Shown here: piece by piece, positions 38,399-50,135 of the stretch
Layout: each line of letters opens with the position of its first letter
Position numbering within the stretch: the first letter of the stretch is position 1
Source: Macrostomum hystrix
Lineage: Eukaryota > Animalia > Platyhelminthes
Reading direction: 5' to 3'
DNA length: 64,000 bases
Assembly: GCA_950097015.1 (NCBI GenBank)
Contig: CATNEN010000003.1
Location: 14,012,001 to 14,076,000, forward strand
Notes under the pieces: model-generated
The model's input: the letters and a program-made list of their open reading frames with translations, nothing else
Database searches by the model: none
What the model was told of the DNA's origin: nothing
Position numbers and translations under genes: made by a program

Positions 38399-39779
38399 TC
38401 ACGTCGCCTCATCGTTCTTAGTATTATCAAGTGTCGGCTCGTTGAGCACAAATCTATCATCGAAAGCAGCAGAGACGCTCATCTCAACGCTGGACAATAC
38501 TCCATGCAAGATAGTTTCGAAGCTGAGCGCGCTTACTATTAGTAGCGCCATTACAACGGCTGATATTAGCAACATGACAAGAAAGTGTTGCATCATGATG
38601 CTTTTAAAGTTGGCCAACGGTACCTGCTTGTGTCTAATTAGCCTGCCAGTTAAAAGATGTTTTGACCTGGTTAACAGTTGCTCTTTCTAATTTATCGTTT
38701 AAATTAATTTACATCAAACAACAAAAACTAATACCTAACAGGCTCCGCAACAGATCTTCGATGTCTCTCTGTCGCGCATTCAAAGTTAGCGTAGCCACTT
38801 AGACCAGACTGTACTGGGCATGCCAGACAGGGTGTTTCATTGCCGGGTGAATATTCGCCAGGTAGGCAGGCTTGACAAACTAATCGACCAGCAAAGCTGG
38901 ACAATGCGTAGCCAGGCGGACAAATTGTTAATTTAAACGGCGTCAGAAGTGTCATTATATGGAATACTGCTACGAGTTCAACGCGAGAGCCGTGATTTGG
39001 ACGATGAGCGCAAGCCAAGATGCCATTTAGATATTGTCGAGCAACAGCGCTACAAGGTTGCAGATAATCAGTGTGTTTCTATGTAAAATAGCCTCATACT
39101 ATGATATTCTACGATTTTGTAGAGATATACATTTAAGTAACAAACTGAGCGGGTTATAGCATGACGACTATTTCTACCCGTTATATAGACGTAAGGATTG
39201 ATAAAAACTTGTTTTTGAAGCTTCAAATCTAATCAGTGTCGTTTTCTTCATTTAAAATTATTGATTTTCTCTTGCTTAGGTTAATACGAGATATCATTAA
39301 AAATTATTCAGTTTTTACGTATTTTATACGCACCCGTACGACAAAACCCTGTCTTGTGAGTCAACGATACCGATAGCCTTGACGATAATAGAATTTTTGT
39401 TAGCCGCTTCGTCCGATATGCGAAATGAGCTACTGTTAGTAATATCAGTAGTATAATTGGCATAACTTGAAGATTTTACTCCGTAAAAAACAGATCTGCC
39501 TTTGACATCGAAACGTATTCGACGCAACAAAGAATTTGTATTACTAAAGTACCAATCGATAGGAGTATTTGTCTGACCCATCGACAGTGACGGCTGGCAG
39601 GTGATAGTTCGCTCTTCGCCAAATAGCAGAAGAACAATACGCGACTTGCTGTAGTCTTGAACTGTGACGTAATCATCGATAGGAAAGTCCAATGAAAGCT
39701 TCGAAGTTACAAGAGAGCAAGAAGCCGCCAAGAATGTCCATAAAATCAAATTTCTTTCTGTCTGAGTCCTTGAGCACAT
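38399..39779 (-). CDS. Putative type I membrane protein: signal peptide, Ig-like domain, ephrin-receptor-like (GCC2/GCC3) Cys-rich module, furin site, TM; exons about 39779-39334, 39049-38735, 38666-38399
   Basis: Signal LILWTFLAASCSLVTS. Ig pattern TITC..IDWYF...YLNGILAC joined by GG|gtgcgt..ttgtag|C. Module CPPGY..CQACLPGEYSPGNETPCLACP..GYANFEC, then RHRR and hydrophobic FLVMLLISAVVMALLIVSALSF. The second intron has two phase-compatible alternatives. Confidence 0.68.
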
Positions 39780-40316
39780 TTTTTTAAAAGACAGATCAAG
39801 TCTATTCGAATGTAGGCTAATAAATCATTAGAGTTATTTTTTCACTTTATTTTCCTACCCTTTGCCATAGACAGTTGAAAATAATGAAGGACAGACAATT
39901 TTTATCGGTATGGTGTACTTTTACGAAAACTTTTACACCCTCTGGTGTTTCCCTAGACGAAAAAATAGCCTGGTAGTTCTACTGTTAATCGATATTGGCG
40001 AAAAATCGAAGACACAAATATGTACCCGTTCAGTAGCTTTCCTCTTATCCCATTTAATTAATAAACTAGCAAAAACTTGATCATATCTCTCTTAGCAAAA
40101 AAAGCAATTTCCGGTCCAGTGCATACCAGTAGCTTCTAAAAGCATGAAACCTGTTGCAAAAAACTAAAACAGAATTAGATTTTTTCGCTAAAGAAAAGGA
40201 GAGTGAAGTCAGAAGCTAGTTCAAAGACATGTTTGGAGCAAGTTCAAAGCTACAACACGAAATCGGGTGTAACAAAATTCTATCGCATAATTACGATTTA
40301 AATTCATCTAATTACT

Positions 40317-41415
40317 AATGCAGTAGATGACAACCTGCTGAATGACTGATGCAGTAGATGACAACCTGCTGAATGACTGATGCAGGCAGATGACAACCTG
40401 CTGAATGACTGATGCAGGTAGATGACAACCTGCTGAATGACTGATGCAGGTAGATGACAACCTGCTGAATGACTGATGCAGGTAGATGACAACCTGCTGA
40501 ATGACTGATGCAGTAGATGACAACCTGCTGAATGACTGATGCAGGTAGATGACAACCTGCTGAATGACTGATGCAGTAGATGACAACCTGCTGAATGACT
40601 GATGCAGTAGATGACAACCTGCTGAATGACTGATGCAGGTAGATGACAACCTGCTGAATGACTGATGCAGGTAGATGACAACCTGCTGAATGACTGATGC
40701 AGTAGATGACAACCTGCTGAATGACTGATGCAGTAGATGACAACCTACTGAATGACTGATGCGGTAGATGACAACCTACTGAATGACTGATGCAGTAGAT
40801 GACAACCTACTGAATGACTGATGCAGTAGATGACAACCTACTGAATGACTGATGCGGTAGATGACAACCTACTGAATGACTGATGCAGTAGATGACAACC
40901 TGCTGAATGACTGATGCAGTAGATGACAACTTACTGAATGACTGATGCAGGTAGATGACAACTTACTGAATGACTGATGCAGTAGATGACAACCTACTGA
41001 ATGACTGATGCAGGTAGATGACAACTTACTGAATGACTGATGCAGTAGATGACAACTTACTGAATGACTGATGCAGGTAGATGACAACCTACTGAATGAC
41101 TGATGCAGTAGATGACAACCTACTGAATGACTGATGCAGGTAGATGACAACCTACTGAATGACTGATGCAGTAGATGACAACCTACTGAATGACTGATGC
41201 AGGTAGATGACAACTTACTGAATGACTGATGCAGTAGATGACAACCTACTGAATGACTGATGCAGGTAGATGACAACTTACTGAATGACTGATGCAGTAG
41301 ATGACAACTTACTGAATGACTGATGCAGGTAGATGACAACCTACTGAATGACTGATGCAGGTAGATGACAACCTACTGAATGACTGATGCAGGTAGATGA
41401 CAACCTGCTGAATGA
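40317..41415. repeat. 31/32-bp minisatellite (GCAG(G)TAGATGACAACCTGCTGAATGACTGAT)n
   Basis: Read directly. Confidence 0.96.
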
Positions 41416-41485
41416 TAATGACAATCTGATGCAGGTAGGTGGAAACATGTAGGTGCATCTAAAGGTAACGGACGTTAAATAAATA

Positions 41486-41488
<3 letters not shown>

Positions 41489-41519
<31 letters not shown>
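41489..41519. repeat. (TA)n microsatellite
   Basis: Read directly. Confidence 0.9.
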
Positions 41520-41522
<3 letters not shown>

Positions 41523-41829
41523 CTTATTAGTTTCAACCACCTGAGAGTGCATTTCACAAAAATAGCAAAAAAAGACCCACACGAACGTGTCTAAAACTCT
41601 AAAATCTAGCTCGTAGATCTAAAAAGAGACTAAGAAAAACGAAAGCAAGTGCTTTCGATTTTCGTGCAAACGAAAAAGTCTGGTAATTAATTTGAGTCAC
41701 TGCTCTCCAACCACAAAACCTAATTTAAACTGTTGATTTAAGCACAACCCTTTGAGACCACTGTTGGCAATGGTGAAAACATAAGCTTATAAAGAACTAA
41801 ATTTGGGCTAGAAAATCCCTTTACTCTCC

Positions 41830-42225
41830 CTTGGCTTATCTCTCCTTTGTCTTATCATTCCCTTGTCTTATCACTCACCTGGTCTTATCACTCCCCTGTC
41901 TTATCACTCCCCTGTCTTATCACTCCCCTGTCTTATCACTCCCTTGTCTTATCCCTCCCTTGTCTTATCACTCCCTTGTCTTATCCCTCCCTTGTCTTAT
42001 CACTCCCTTGTCTTATCTCTCCCTTGTCTTATCTCTCCCCTGTCTTATCACTCTCTTGTTTTATCACTCTCTTGTCTTAGCACTCCCTTGGCTTTTCTCA
42101 CCCTTGTCTTATCACTCTCTTTTTTTATCACTCCCCTGTCTTATCACTCTCTTGTCTTATCACTCTCTTGTCTTATCACTCCCTTGTCTTATCACTCTCT
42201 TGTCTAATCCCTCCGTTGTCTAATC
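41830..42225. repeat. 16-bp minisatellite (TCTTATCACTCCCTTG)n
   Basis: Read directly. The reverse complement GACAAGGGAGTGATAA resembles the MITE-internal variant GACAGGGGAGAGATAA. Confidence 0.92.
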
Positions 42226-42892
42226 TCTCCTAATCGCAGCCTTAGATAAATCCACTATATAGCCTTAGACCAATCTTCAGCGAAAATTAAAACCTTTTTA
42301 TGCTTATCTAAACATGCTACAAGTCAAAATTTGAAGAAAAAAAACTGAAAGATGTTCTCGTGTTTTAATAATCAAAAGAGTAAATGTTTATTTATACAAA
42401 AAAATCTATATGATTTGATTCTTTAATTGTACATCAGTAGCTTAAATAACAATAAATCCACATATGCAATGAATGAATCATTCTGATTAGATTAAGACGA
42501 ATCAAACAAAAGGACGCATAGGAAAAAAATTTCTCTTCTAGTCCAGAAGTAAGACTTAAAAAAATCTGTTCTCTGTTCGGTAAAATTATATCTGCACGAT
42601 AACATATTATTTGTTATTTGTATAAAACATAGAAATTCGTTTGACAATAAGAAACTTTTTGCGTCACCAAAAAAAGTTGAAATCAATTTATTATTTATGG
42701 GAATGGAAGCGGCTATACTTGTAGATTGGGATTAGATGGGATTATCTATGGGGGATTGGAAATGGATAATCTACAGTGATCAAAAGGGAGTTATCTATGG
42801 AGATATCAAGTGGATTTTATATAAAGATAAGATTATCAATGTGGGTACGGGACGTTGATAATCTCTAGGGATACAAAGTGGATTGTCTATGG

Positions 42893-43967
42893 CAGGGGTA
42901 GGCAAACTTATTTGCTGGCGGGCTAAAGAGAGAACCTAATAGACGACACCGGGCCGCATTGACTGTATAAATATGAGATAGGGGAGAGATGAGACACGGG
43001 AGAGATGAGACACGCGAGAGATTAGACACAGGAGAGATGAGACACGGGAGAGATGAGACACGGGAGAGATGAGACACGGGAGAGATGAGACACGGGAGAG
43101 AAGAGACACGGGAGAGATGAGACAGGAGAGAGATTAGACACGGGAGAGATGAGACACACGAGAGATTAGACACGGGAGAGATGAGACACATGAGAGATTA
43201 GACACGAGAGCGATGAGACACGGGAGAGATGAGACACGGGAGAGATTAGACACGAGAGAGATGAGACAGGGGAGAGATAAGACAGGGGAGAGATTAGACA
43301 CGGCAGAGATAAGACACAGGAGAGATTAGACACGAGAGCGATGAGACACAGGAGAGATGAGACACGGGAGAAATGAGACACGCGAGAGATTAGACACGGG
43401 AGAGATGAGACACGGGAGAGATGAGACACGGGAGAGAAGAGACACGGGAGAGATGAGACACGGGAGAGATTAGACACGGGAGAGATGAGACAGGAGAGAG
43501 ATTAGACACGGGAGAGATGAGACACACGAGAGATTAGACACGGGAGAGATGAGACACATGAGAGATTAGACACGAGAGCGATGAGACACGGGAGAGATGA
43601 GACACGGGAGAGATTAGACACGAGAGAGATGAGACAGGGGAGAGATAAGACAGGGGAGAGATTAGACACGGCAGAGATAAGACACAGGAGAGATTAGACA
43701 CGAGAGCGATGAGACACGGGAGAGATTAGACACGAGAGCGATGAGACACAGGAGAGATTAGACACGGGAGAGATGAGACACAGGAGAGATTAGACACGAG
43801 AGCGATGAGACACGGGAGAGATTAGACACGAGAGCGATGAGACACAGGAGAGATTAGACACGAGAGAGATGAAACAGGACACTATAGATGTCAGAAGGTG
43901 CAACGGGCCGGATTTGGGAGCTTCGAGGGCCGCATCTGGCCCGCGGGCCGGAGTTTGCCGACCCCTG
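42893..43967. mobile_element. Non-autonomous hAT (Charlie/Buster-type) MITE with internal 16-bp minisatellite, copy 2
   Basis: TIRs CAGGGGTAGGCAAAC ... GTTTGCCGACCCCTG. 8-bp TSD GTCTATGG at 42885-42892 and 43968-43975. GGCCCGCGGGCC palindrome. Both arms are homologous to copy 1. Confidence 0.94.
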
Positions 43968-44410
43968 GTCTATGGGAATCCGATAAGGATTATCTACGAG
44001 GATTATGAGGTACTGATTTACGATAATTCGACGAGAATTATGTTAAAACCGAGCAAGATTAGCGCGATTAAATAAAAAATCGAAACAAAAATCGAAGCAA
44101 TACTGACAGAAAAAAAACAGAGTATATCAAAAATTTAGTAACAGGTAAATAGTCGAATGTCCTCTAAGACCACAGAGTTTAAATTTATGTTTCATAAAAA
44201 TAGGTTTATAAGGAACACTTTTTAATCCTAAGATAGAATGATTAAACATAAATAAGTTATACCTTTTAGTGCATCATGGAATATTTGGATTTACATTTGC
44301 TAAGACTTCTGGTGTAATAAGGATACGAGTGCCACTTGAAAATGAAAATTGCAAAGAAACAAAAAATTAATTTCTTGTATTATCAACAAACGCATAGATT
44401 GCTATAATAT

Positions 44411-45215
44411 CTACGGTTTCTGGTGCGATTCTAGCTACGGTTCTTGGTGCGGTTCCTGGTGCGATTCTAGCTACGGTTCTTGTTGCGATTCTAGCTACGG
44501 TTCTTGGTGCGATTCTAGATACGGTTCTTGGTGCGATTCTAGCTACAGTTCTTGGTGCGATTCTAGCTCCGGTTCTTGTTGTGATTCTAGCTGCGGTTCC
44601 TGGTGCGATTCTAGCTACGGTTCTTGGTTCGATTCTAGCTACGGTTCTTGTTGCGATTCTAGCTGCGGTTTCTGGTGCGATTCTAGCTGCGGTTTCTGGT
44701 GCGATTCTAGCTACGGTTCTTGGTGCGATTCTAGCTACGGTTCTTGGTGCGATTCTAGCTACGGTTCTTGGTGCGATTCTAGCTACAGTTCTTGGTGCGA
44801 TTCTAGCTACGGTTCTTGGTGCGATTCTAGCTACGGTTCCTGGTGCGATTCTAGCTACAGTTCTTGGTGCCATTCTAGCTACGGTTCCTGGTGCGATTCT
44901 AGCTACGGTTCTTGGTGCGATTCTAGCTACGGTTCTTGGTGCGATTCTAGCTACAGTTCTTGGTGCGATTCTAGCTACGGTTCTTGGTGCGATTCTAGCT
45001 ACGGTTCTTGGTGCGATTCTAGCTACGGTCCTTGGTGCGATTCTAGCTACAGTTCTTGGTGCCATTCTAGCTACGGTTCCTGGTGCGATTATAGCTACGG
45101 TTCTTGGTGTGATTCGAGCTACGGTTCTTGGTGCGATTCTAGCTACGGTCCTTGGTGCGATTCTAGCTACGGTTCTTGGTGCGATTCTAGCTACGGTTCT
45201 TGGTGCGATTCTAGA
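44411..45215. repeat. 24-bp minisatellite (TGGTGCGATTCTAGCTACGGTTCT)n
   Basis: Read directly. Reverse complement is related to the 54-64 kb satellite. Confidence 0.96.
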
Positions 45216-45668
45216 TTTACAGCTATGGCTCGCACTATGTTTTTGTTATAATTTCTTTCACATTCTGAATTTTATTTAGCAGTAAGTTGATTGCTTTGAA
45301 TAATTGTTTTTATCCATGTTTTTGTCGATAAGGTAAATGATAAGTTTCGTTTCTTTTATTAACTGACGAGAAAAATGGACTGTCGCTCAAGATACACAAA
45401 TTAAAGCAACAAGCAATGAATGCCGCCAAAGTTATTTGAGAAAATTACTCAGTGACAATGAAATTATTTTCAGAATTCACCTTAAAAATCAAAATAGACA
45501 CATGCGCCGAAATATATCTAGAGTATTTAACAACTCTTGGATTAAGGTTCAGAAGCGAGATTAATCGAAATTAATAGTAAATTTCTTTTCTGTCAATTGA
45601 CTAATTGACTTTGACTAATTGATCAAAAATATAATCCAATTGATTCGGACGTTAAGCGTTCTCTAATC

Positions 45669-47267
45669 CTAAGCAAATCGTCGACAATGCTCGCAACTAT
45701 CCATCTCGACAATGTGTGGCTCAACTTGCAGCGTCACATCCGAGAACTGATAAGCATTCTTTGCCATATCGGTTGCCATAAGAACCAAAGCATCGCGTTG
45801 GGCCACTCCACAGTTGGGACTTACAGCCAGATGAGCGGTGGCAACGTTTCTACCTAGAGTCAGACTCCAAACTTTCAAACTGTGCACCTGAACTACGCCA
45901 GGTAGATTAGCCAGAGCTTTGCGGAATGCGGCAACATCAAGACCTGGCGGCGTGGCCTCCATTAACACGCGAAGAGTATCTCTCAGTATATTAATAGTAG
46001 TGCCCATGACTAGCAGGGAGAAGATGAAAGTGCAGATCGGATCGGCCAGTTTATAATCTGGCCTATAGTAGATAACAAAGGCGGCGATAAGAACGCCGAT
46101 GCTTTGCAATAAATCGCCGACAACGTGAATGAATGCGGCTCGAACGTTCATATTATTGTGCGAATGATTGTGACCAAAGCCACCGCCAACGGCTGGCACG
46201 TAGGGCCGCTGTTCGGACTCGTGCTGATGCTCGTGACTGTGCCGATGCCGCTGATTGCGATTTCTATGCCTAGTAGGACCGCCACTCTCAACAATTCTAG
46301 CCGTGTCTGATAGTTCAACTTCCACGGGCTCAGGTTGGTCGTCGTGAGTTTCCTTTGATAGATCCGAATTGCTAGTAGTATCAACCGCTTGGCTGTGTAT
46401 AGGATTGCTAGCCTGAACTACTGAATGCTCATGATGGTGATGATGGTTATGATGCTGCTGTTGCTGGTCATGATGATGCGAATGTTGCTGTTCAGTGCCA
46501 CCGTGCGAGTGTCCGTGACCTTGGTGGAGCAGCAGGGCCATCAGGGCGTTGAAAGCCACGCCTACACCTGCCGTGATCAACATCGGCTTGCCATCAACTT
46601 CGTAGTCGCCAAATACAACTCGACGCACAGCCAAATAGACTAAAACTGCGGTTACTACCCAAATCATTAGCACGGATACGAGAGCGCCAATCACTTCGGC
46701 TCGATACCAGCCAAAGCACATTCGCCGACTAGGTTCTCTAGTGGCCAGAAACAATGCCAATAGGCTAATTAGAAAGCTGGCTAGATCAGTTAACAGGTGA
46801 GCCGCGTCTGTCATAATAGCCAAACTATTAGCAATGGCGCCACCGACTATTTCGCCAATCATAAACACTAAACAGGCGACCGAGGCTATCATTAAGCGAC
46901 GTCTAGCAGATTTCTGAGCGGCAACGTATATTAAATGACGCTGAGTTTCGTCACTGTGACAATGCTTACTGCTGCCAATAATTTGAAGACTATTTGAGAT
47001 TGGCACACCGACATCTTGACCTTGAATATTTAAACTGAACTGCATGTCAGACAAATATGCTGGTCCAGACATTGCCGGCGGCTGCTGACCCTCAGAATTA
47101 GAAGCCTGCTGATGCTGCAAATTCAGTAGATAATGATGATGATGATTGGCTGCTGGACCCGATTGTGGAATTAATAACGGCGTTCTTTCATTGCCGTCTG
47201 ATTCACTTGTAGAATCCGCTGCTTCAGTTAGCAGGCAGCTAAGTAGATCCTTGTCTAAACCAGACAT
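45669..47267 (-). CDS. Zinc transporter of the CDF/SLC30 family (ZnT2/3/8-like), intronless CDS
   Basis: FMIGEIVGG..ANSLAIMTDAAHLLTDL, FGWYRAEVIGALVSV, His-rich loop (HGHGHSHG), NMNVRAAFIHVVGDLLQSIGV, ADPICTFIFS and a C-terminal domain VHSLKVWSLT...AHLAV...TLQVE. Confidence 0.96.
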   Translation of the reverse strand: MSGLDKDLLSCLLTEAADSTSESDGNERTPLLIPQSGPAANHHHHYLLNLQHQQASNSEGQQPPAMSGPAYLSDMQFSLNIQGQDVGVPISNSLQIIGSSKHCHSDETQRHLIYVAAQKSARRRLMIASVACLVFMIGEIVGGAIANSLAIMTDAAHLLTDLASFLISLLALFLATREPSRRMCFGWYRAEVIGALVSVLMIWVVTAVLVYLAVRRVVFGDYEVDGKPMLITAGVGVAFNALMALLLHQGHGHSHGGTEQQHSHHHDQQQQHHNHHHHHEHSVVQASNPIHSQAVDTTSNSDLSKETHDDQPEPVEVELSDTARIVESGGPTRHRNRNQRHRHSHEHQHESEQRPYVPAVGGGFGHNHSHNNMNVRAAFIHVVGDLLQSIGVLIAAFVIYYRPDYKLADPICTFIFSLLVMGTTINILRDTLRVLMEATPPGLDVAAFRKALANLPGVVQVHSLKVWSLTLGRNVATAHLAVSPNCGVAQRDALVLMATDMAKNAYQFSDVTLQVEPHIVEMDSCEHCRRFA

Positions 47268-50135
47268 GATATTCTTGTGAACAAAATCAGGTTAACATAG
47301 AATAGTTCCAACACAAGCTAGTCGAAATTTATATAAGATTACAGCGCTAAAACCTGATTGGCTATAGTGTAGAGATTGTTAAATAACGAAAGAACTACAA
47401 TAAGCTAAAACAAGTAGTTATAATTGGTGCCACATGGCGCAAACACAGCAAATAAAGCCGATAAGACAGGGACAAGCACTAAGTAGCGAAAGAATTTATC
47501 AGCTTTAATCAGAAAAGCCAGATCGATATAAATTTAATGTGCAAGCCGAATTAAAGTGCGAGCTTAATTAAAGCGCAACATACACTACTGAGAATGATAG
47601 CGACTTTTAGTTAGAAGAGTAGTGCAGAAAGATAATTTATATTATATTATTAATTATCAAGTAAAAAGTTCATGATTGATTCATTTCAGTTCATTGCTTA
47701 ATTAGCGATTTTTAAATGCAATCAAAAATTGTAGCCAAGCTGCAAAGCAAAATTTTGGGTGTGTGCAGTGTGCTTTATTACAATCATATGTAAATTTGTG
47801 GTTGACCTACTGAGCACTAATTAGATGACAAGGCATTTCTATCTGCATATAAAAGTATACTTACTCAAGCGGATTACCAAAAAAATAAAATTCACAGATA
47901 ACCATATTTATTTTATTAATTTCATGCAATCATTTAAATAGTCAATCAAACAAAATTTTGCAAATTTTAATCAAGCTATATTTTAGGTGATGCGTAAATA
48001 CAAAAATGATTTTGACATTAAATACAGCTCACTTTATTGTTTCATTTTAACTACTTACAGCAGTTAAAAAATTAGTGAGAAATGAAAATCACGCAACTTA
48101 AAAAAATCATTCAGTGCTTTGTGTTACAGTATTTATATTTGTGAATGTTTTCAATTGGCCTGCCAATTTTAAAATATAGCTTTAACAGTATAAATAAGTG
48201 TAATTAGCTAAGAGGCAAATCTAAACAAATTGATCATAGCTAATCAAAATTGGAGCAGAGAATCAAATATTTTACAAAAATATCCATAAAAACTCAATAA
48301 AAATGTTTTTACCTATAGAGACAAATTATGAATTCCCATGATCATTTACATGCAATTTATTATTAAGCAGAACACATATCAGGGTGTAGTTACATTGGGC
48401 TAAAAATAATGTGGCCCAATACAAATATATTATTTTATACTACTTATAGGCCCTACTGTTAGACTAATTTAGTAACTGGAAAACTCCTATCTCAGTATTC
48501 ATTATTTGGAGTGAAATTGTGGATTCATTATATTTCTACTCTTGGATTTAAATGTTATCCTATATCCAATAGGTTATAAGTTGTACTACCGAGTGCTCAC
48601 ATATTTTTTATAAATCTTAAACTTCATGCATTTATGTCATGATGAAAAAGTATTATAAACTCATTTTTTAGATTCTTTCACTCACCATTTTTATAAATTG
48701 AATGTATAGTTAGATCACAAAAAAATTATTAAACTTCATAATATAACTTTTTGGAACATAATATAGTAGGGTAGGGTTGCTTTTTGTAAATCAAATTGGT
48801 ACTAATCTGTTTTCTTTTAATGTCAAAAATAATTTATATGTAAAGTAATAATAATTTCTTGCAAAATTTACCCATTTTAACAAAATAATTTCAGTGTATC
48901 ACAGTGGTTGCCAGTTCTGAACAATAAGACAATGTGCCAGTGTTGCAAAAAGCTAATAAGCTATAATTGAGCAAGAAGTTTAAAAGTGTTTAGGTGTGCA
49001 GTTGGTTATTTGAGGCTATGACCCTCTGATCCACAGAAAATACCTAACAAAGACTAGTGTTCAAAGAGCCCTAGAGAGAAACCACTTGTGCCAAGTAATA
49101 TGCATCTGCTACCCAATCTGTTACCTGATTTGTAGAGCAAGCAAAAAGGATTTTGAGTTAGGCTTAGATAAAAAATGTTAGAAAAAATAGGGCTTTTGGT
49201 AATGTGCCCAGAATATCCATGCCTGAAACCATCACTTTTTGACTGGCCTAATAAACTGGTACATATCACTTAGATGGTCACAACTAAAACAGCCACACAA
49301 AATAATGGCCACAAGATAGGGGCCTAGCCAGATAAAATATGGCTGTATTACAAGAGTTGACTAGGGCCTACTATAATTGCCATGTTAGGCCTATGAATAA
49401 TTGCTCTGAATTATGACAAAAGGATCCCAATGGAGTTTACTATTTTCCTAACATATAGGCCTACTCAACTTATTTGCTTAAAAATTGACTAGTAATATTT
49501 ATGTTATTAAGAATTGAATTACTAGAAATCCAGGTTAAAAATGACATTTTTTAGTGTGAATAAGAATGGCTAGGCCCTATCCTATAAAACCATTTGATTA
49601 ATTTTTTTCCACTTAAATTCAATTATTTTATATTTGCAGAGTTCAAAAATAAGAAACACATGAACAAATTAACAGTTTAACACACACAGGAAGCAAAATT
49701 GTTTGTTATAGTTTACTCACCACATCATCACAACATGAGGGTATTCTACGTGTACACTTGGACATGGTAGGGCCTAATAATGTGAATGAATTATATTGTC
49801 TAGGACACATAACTTTTGTGACATTTTAATTTGTGTGCTGAGCTGATGTGGCAGGATCTTAAAAGTGTATCAGTCTTGCATGTGCAAGATCCGAGACATA
49901 AAAACATATCTATGGTCAAAAGGGTGCCAACTGAGTGGCAGAGGTTTTAAGGGAGATGGGCTCAAATGTGTTGCATTGTTTTATTTTGTGATTTGATGTG
50001 GCAAGTGAACTATAACAAAACAATTATGTTTTCCATGTGTGTTAAACTGTTAATTTGTTCATGATCATGTCTTTCATATTTTTAACTCTCCAAATATAAA
50101 AGAAATGAATTGAAGTGGAAAAATATTTAAACAAA

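Noticed and set aside
40317-41415. 31-36 bp repeats here and at 1634-2930 as CRISPR arrays
   Set aside because: Head-to-tail units with no unique spacers, no cas genes and a eukaryotic context.
44349-45279. Cys/Trp/Tyr/Gly-rich ORF (GSWCDSSY)n resembling an eggshell or keratin-associated protein
   Set aside because: Open in several frames and on both strands, starts at TTG, has no signal peptide, and belongs to the same satellite family as the 54-64 kb array.
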